Assembly (NCBI GenBank): GCA_000708835.1
Contig: DF237043.1
Span: 1 to 64,000, forward strand
Reading direction: 5' to 3'
Length of the DNA: 64,000 nucleotides
Source of the DNA: Klebsormidium nitens
Lineage: Eukaryota > Plantae > Klebsormidiophyceae
The notes beneath the pieces are model-generated. The model had not been told where the DNA came from and did no database searches. It saw nothing but the letters and a program-made list of their open reading frames with translations. A program made the translations under genes and the position numbers. This document shows, piece by piece, positions 62,598 to 64,000 of the stretch. How positions within the stretch are numbered: the stretch's first letter is position 1; the number at the start of each line of letters is the position of its first letter.

Positions 62598-64000
62598 TCA
62601 GACGTCCAGAGTGACGAACTGGGTCGCGCCCGGGAATGCGTCCGGGTTCACTGTGATGTACTGCGTGGGGCTCTTGTTGCCGCTCGGGTCGGTGTAAGTG
62701 ACGGCGTATGTGCCGAGGAAGGCGCGGAACTGCAAATGACAAGATGCACAATAATAAGCATTCAAATAGCCGATTACGAGAAAGACAGGTCTACCTCGTC
62801 TTCGTCCTCGTTGACCTTCGTGTTCTTCAAAGTTTCCAGCTTTCAAATAAGCATAAGGGGGTATTCGTCCCTGATAAAACGAGGACAGGTGAAGAAACCC
62901 ACAGACTCGTGACCCAAGCTTGAAGAGACCGGTCAAAACTGCAAGACTAGTTGCGCCGCTGAGGGGCCTGAAATTGGTTCAATAGAAGTGCATTGGTGTG
63001 AAGCACGGCTGAGAGAGCGACCAAGTTTTAGAGCACCACGTGTCCTCGCAGCACAACAAGCACGTCAACACTCTGGTGTCGACCCAAGCTTGGCAGCGAA
63101 TAGCATGGGCGACAGAATGAACCGCTTCGTGCGCTGGAACAGAACGAAAAGAATGAAGAAAAGAAGGCCGACCAGAACAGAATGTCGTCCTCATGGAGTT
63201 GTCTTCGCGTTTGCTGGTCGTTTTCTGAGTTCAATTGGAAAGTACAATACTCATTTACCCGTTGCTTCACCGTCTTGGCCGCTCGTTTTCTTCTTTCTTT
63301 CCGGCTTCACAAAAGTTGCAGCCTCAAACTGTCGGGACAAAGCTCTGAACTGTTTGAAACAACAAACCGATGGTCCGACCACCTACCCCTGTGTTGCCCA
63401 CGTTGTTGCTGTAGAAGAGACCACAACGAGAAAGAAGAAAGACCCAGACAAGAGTAAGAACAGATTCGCCAATCCACGCACCCTGCGCTGCCCGCATTGA
63501 AGCTGTAGTTGACCACGCTACTTGGAAAAAAGAGCAGCCTCCACAACACAACGAGAAAGGGTAAAGACCCGGAAACTAAAACGAACGAAAGGTCCCAACT
63601 ACCCACCCCTGCGCTGCCCCCTTTGAAGCTGTAGTTGACGACGTTAGTTGCATGAATGGCAGCCTCAAGTTTACGATGAGAAAGGGGAAAGACCCGGAGA
63701 CTGTAAGACCGGAGATCCAAACCACCCACCCCTGCGCTGCCCCCGTTGAAGCTGTAGCTGACCATTTTGGTCGACCACTCGTCTCTGCTGAAGGCGCAAG
63801 TCGCCACCGCGGCCAGCCACTTGCGTCTCTTCAAGAAAACATTCCGGACACGATTTGACCCTTGAAAAGGCGATCAACACAATCAACGGAGGGTCCCAAC
63901 CACCCACCCCTGCGCTGCCCCCGTTGAAGCTGTAGTTGACGACGTTTGTCGACCACTCGTCCCTGAGCGCCAGGTAGCGCTGCCCCGCGGCGTTGGGCTG
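62598..64000 (-). CDS. 3' end of a glycoside hydrolase family 10 (endo-1,4-beta-xylanase-like) gene, continuing beyond the window
   Basis: The exon >64000-63908 (QPNAAGQRYLALRDEWST...GSAG) joins in phase 0 to exon 62729-62598 (FRAFLGTYAVTYT...*). This matches my recollection of the plant GH10 C-terminus (G.R.LAL..EW...FRGF.G.Y.V). The catalytic region is not in the window. Confidence 0.7.
63375..63960 (-). repeat. Four decaying tandem copies of the GH10 exon 3' end and donor
   Basis: AACTACAGCTTCAACGGGGGCAGCGCAGGG|GTGGGT at 63908 (real) is echoed at ~63730, ~63607, ~63482 and, decayed, ~63387. Confidence 0.9.

Noticed and set aside
63307-63834. 175-aa repetitive ORF / possible CRISPR-like array
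   Set aside because: The repeats are copies of the GH10 exon end, and the intervening segments are related to one another rather than unique spacers. There are no cas genes and the context is eukaryotic.
1-64000. tRNA, rRNA or terminal telomere arrays
   Set aside because: None was recognisable by eye. CCCTAA-like motifs occur only scattered within the dispersed repeat; a covariance-model scan was not run.

Overview
Intron-rich eukaryotic nuclear DNA. It is most likely a charophyte alga such as Klebsormidium, inferred from the RAV gene carrying a PB1 domain and from the GC-rich exon style. The window opens inside an apparently intact DIRS-type tyrosine-recombinase retrotransposon (gag end, RT-RNaseH-MT, YR). 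It then carries spliced host genes: a TXNDC11/At3g19780-like thioredoxin-fold protein, plastid Mfd/TRCF, a secreted CPYC glutaredoxin, an AP2-B3-RLFGV-PB1 RAV, EBP2, FES1, PDK1 and the 3' end of a GH10 xylanase. MITE/foldback elements, decayed orphan genes and three assembly gaps are also present. Two signals stand out. (1) The retrotransposon pol and YR ORFs lack a usable AUG. Both sit behind identical TTTCGCAG acceptors in the same phase, and a 16-nt ATG micro-exon (747-762) fits both, suggesting splice-controlled expression. (2) In at least five host genes, exon edges with their splice sites are echoed as decaying tandem copies, mostly 120-145 bp apart, inside the neighbouring intron. All gene models were built by hand from splice signals and protein motifs; no database searches were run.
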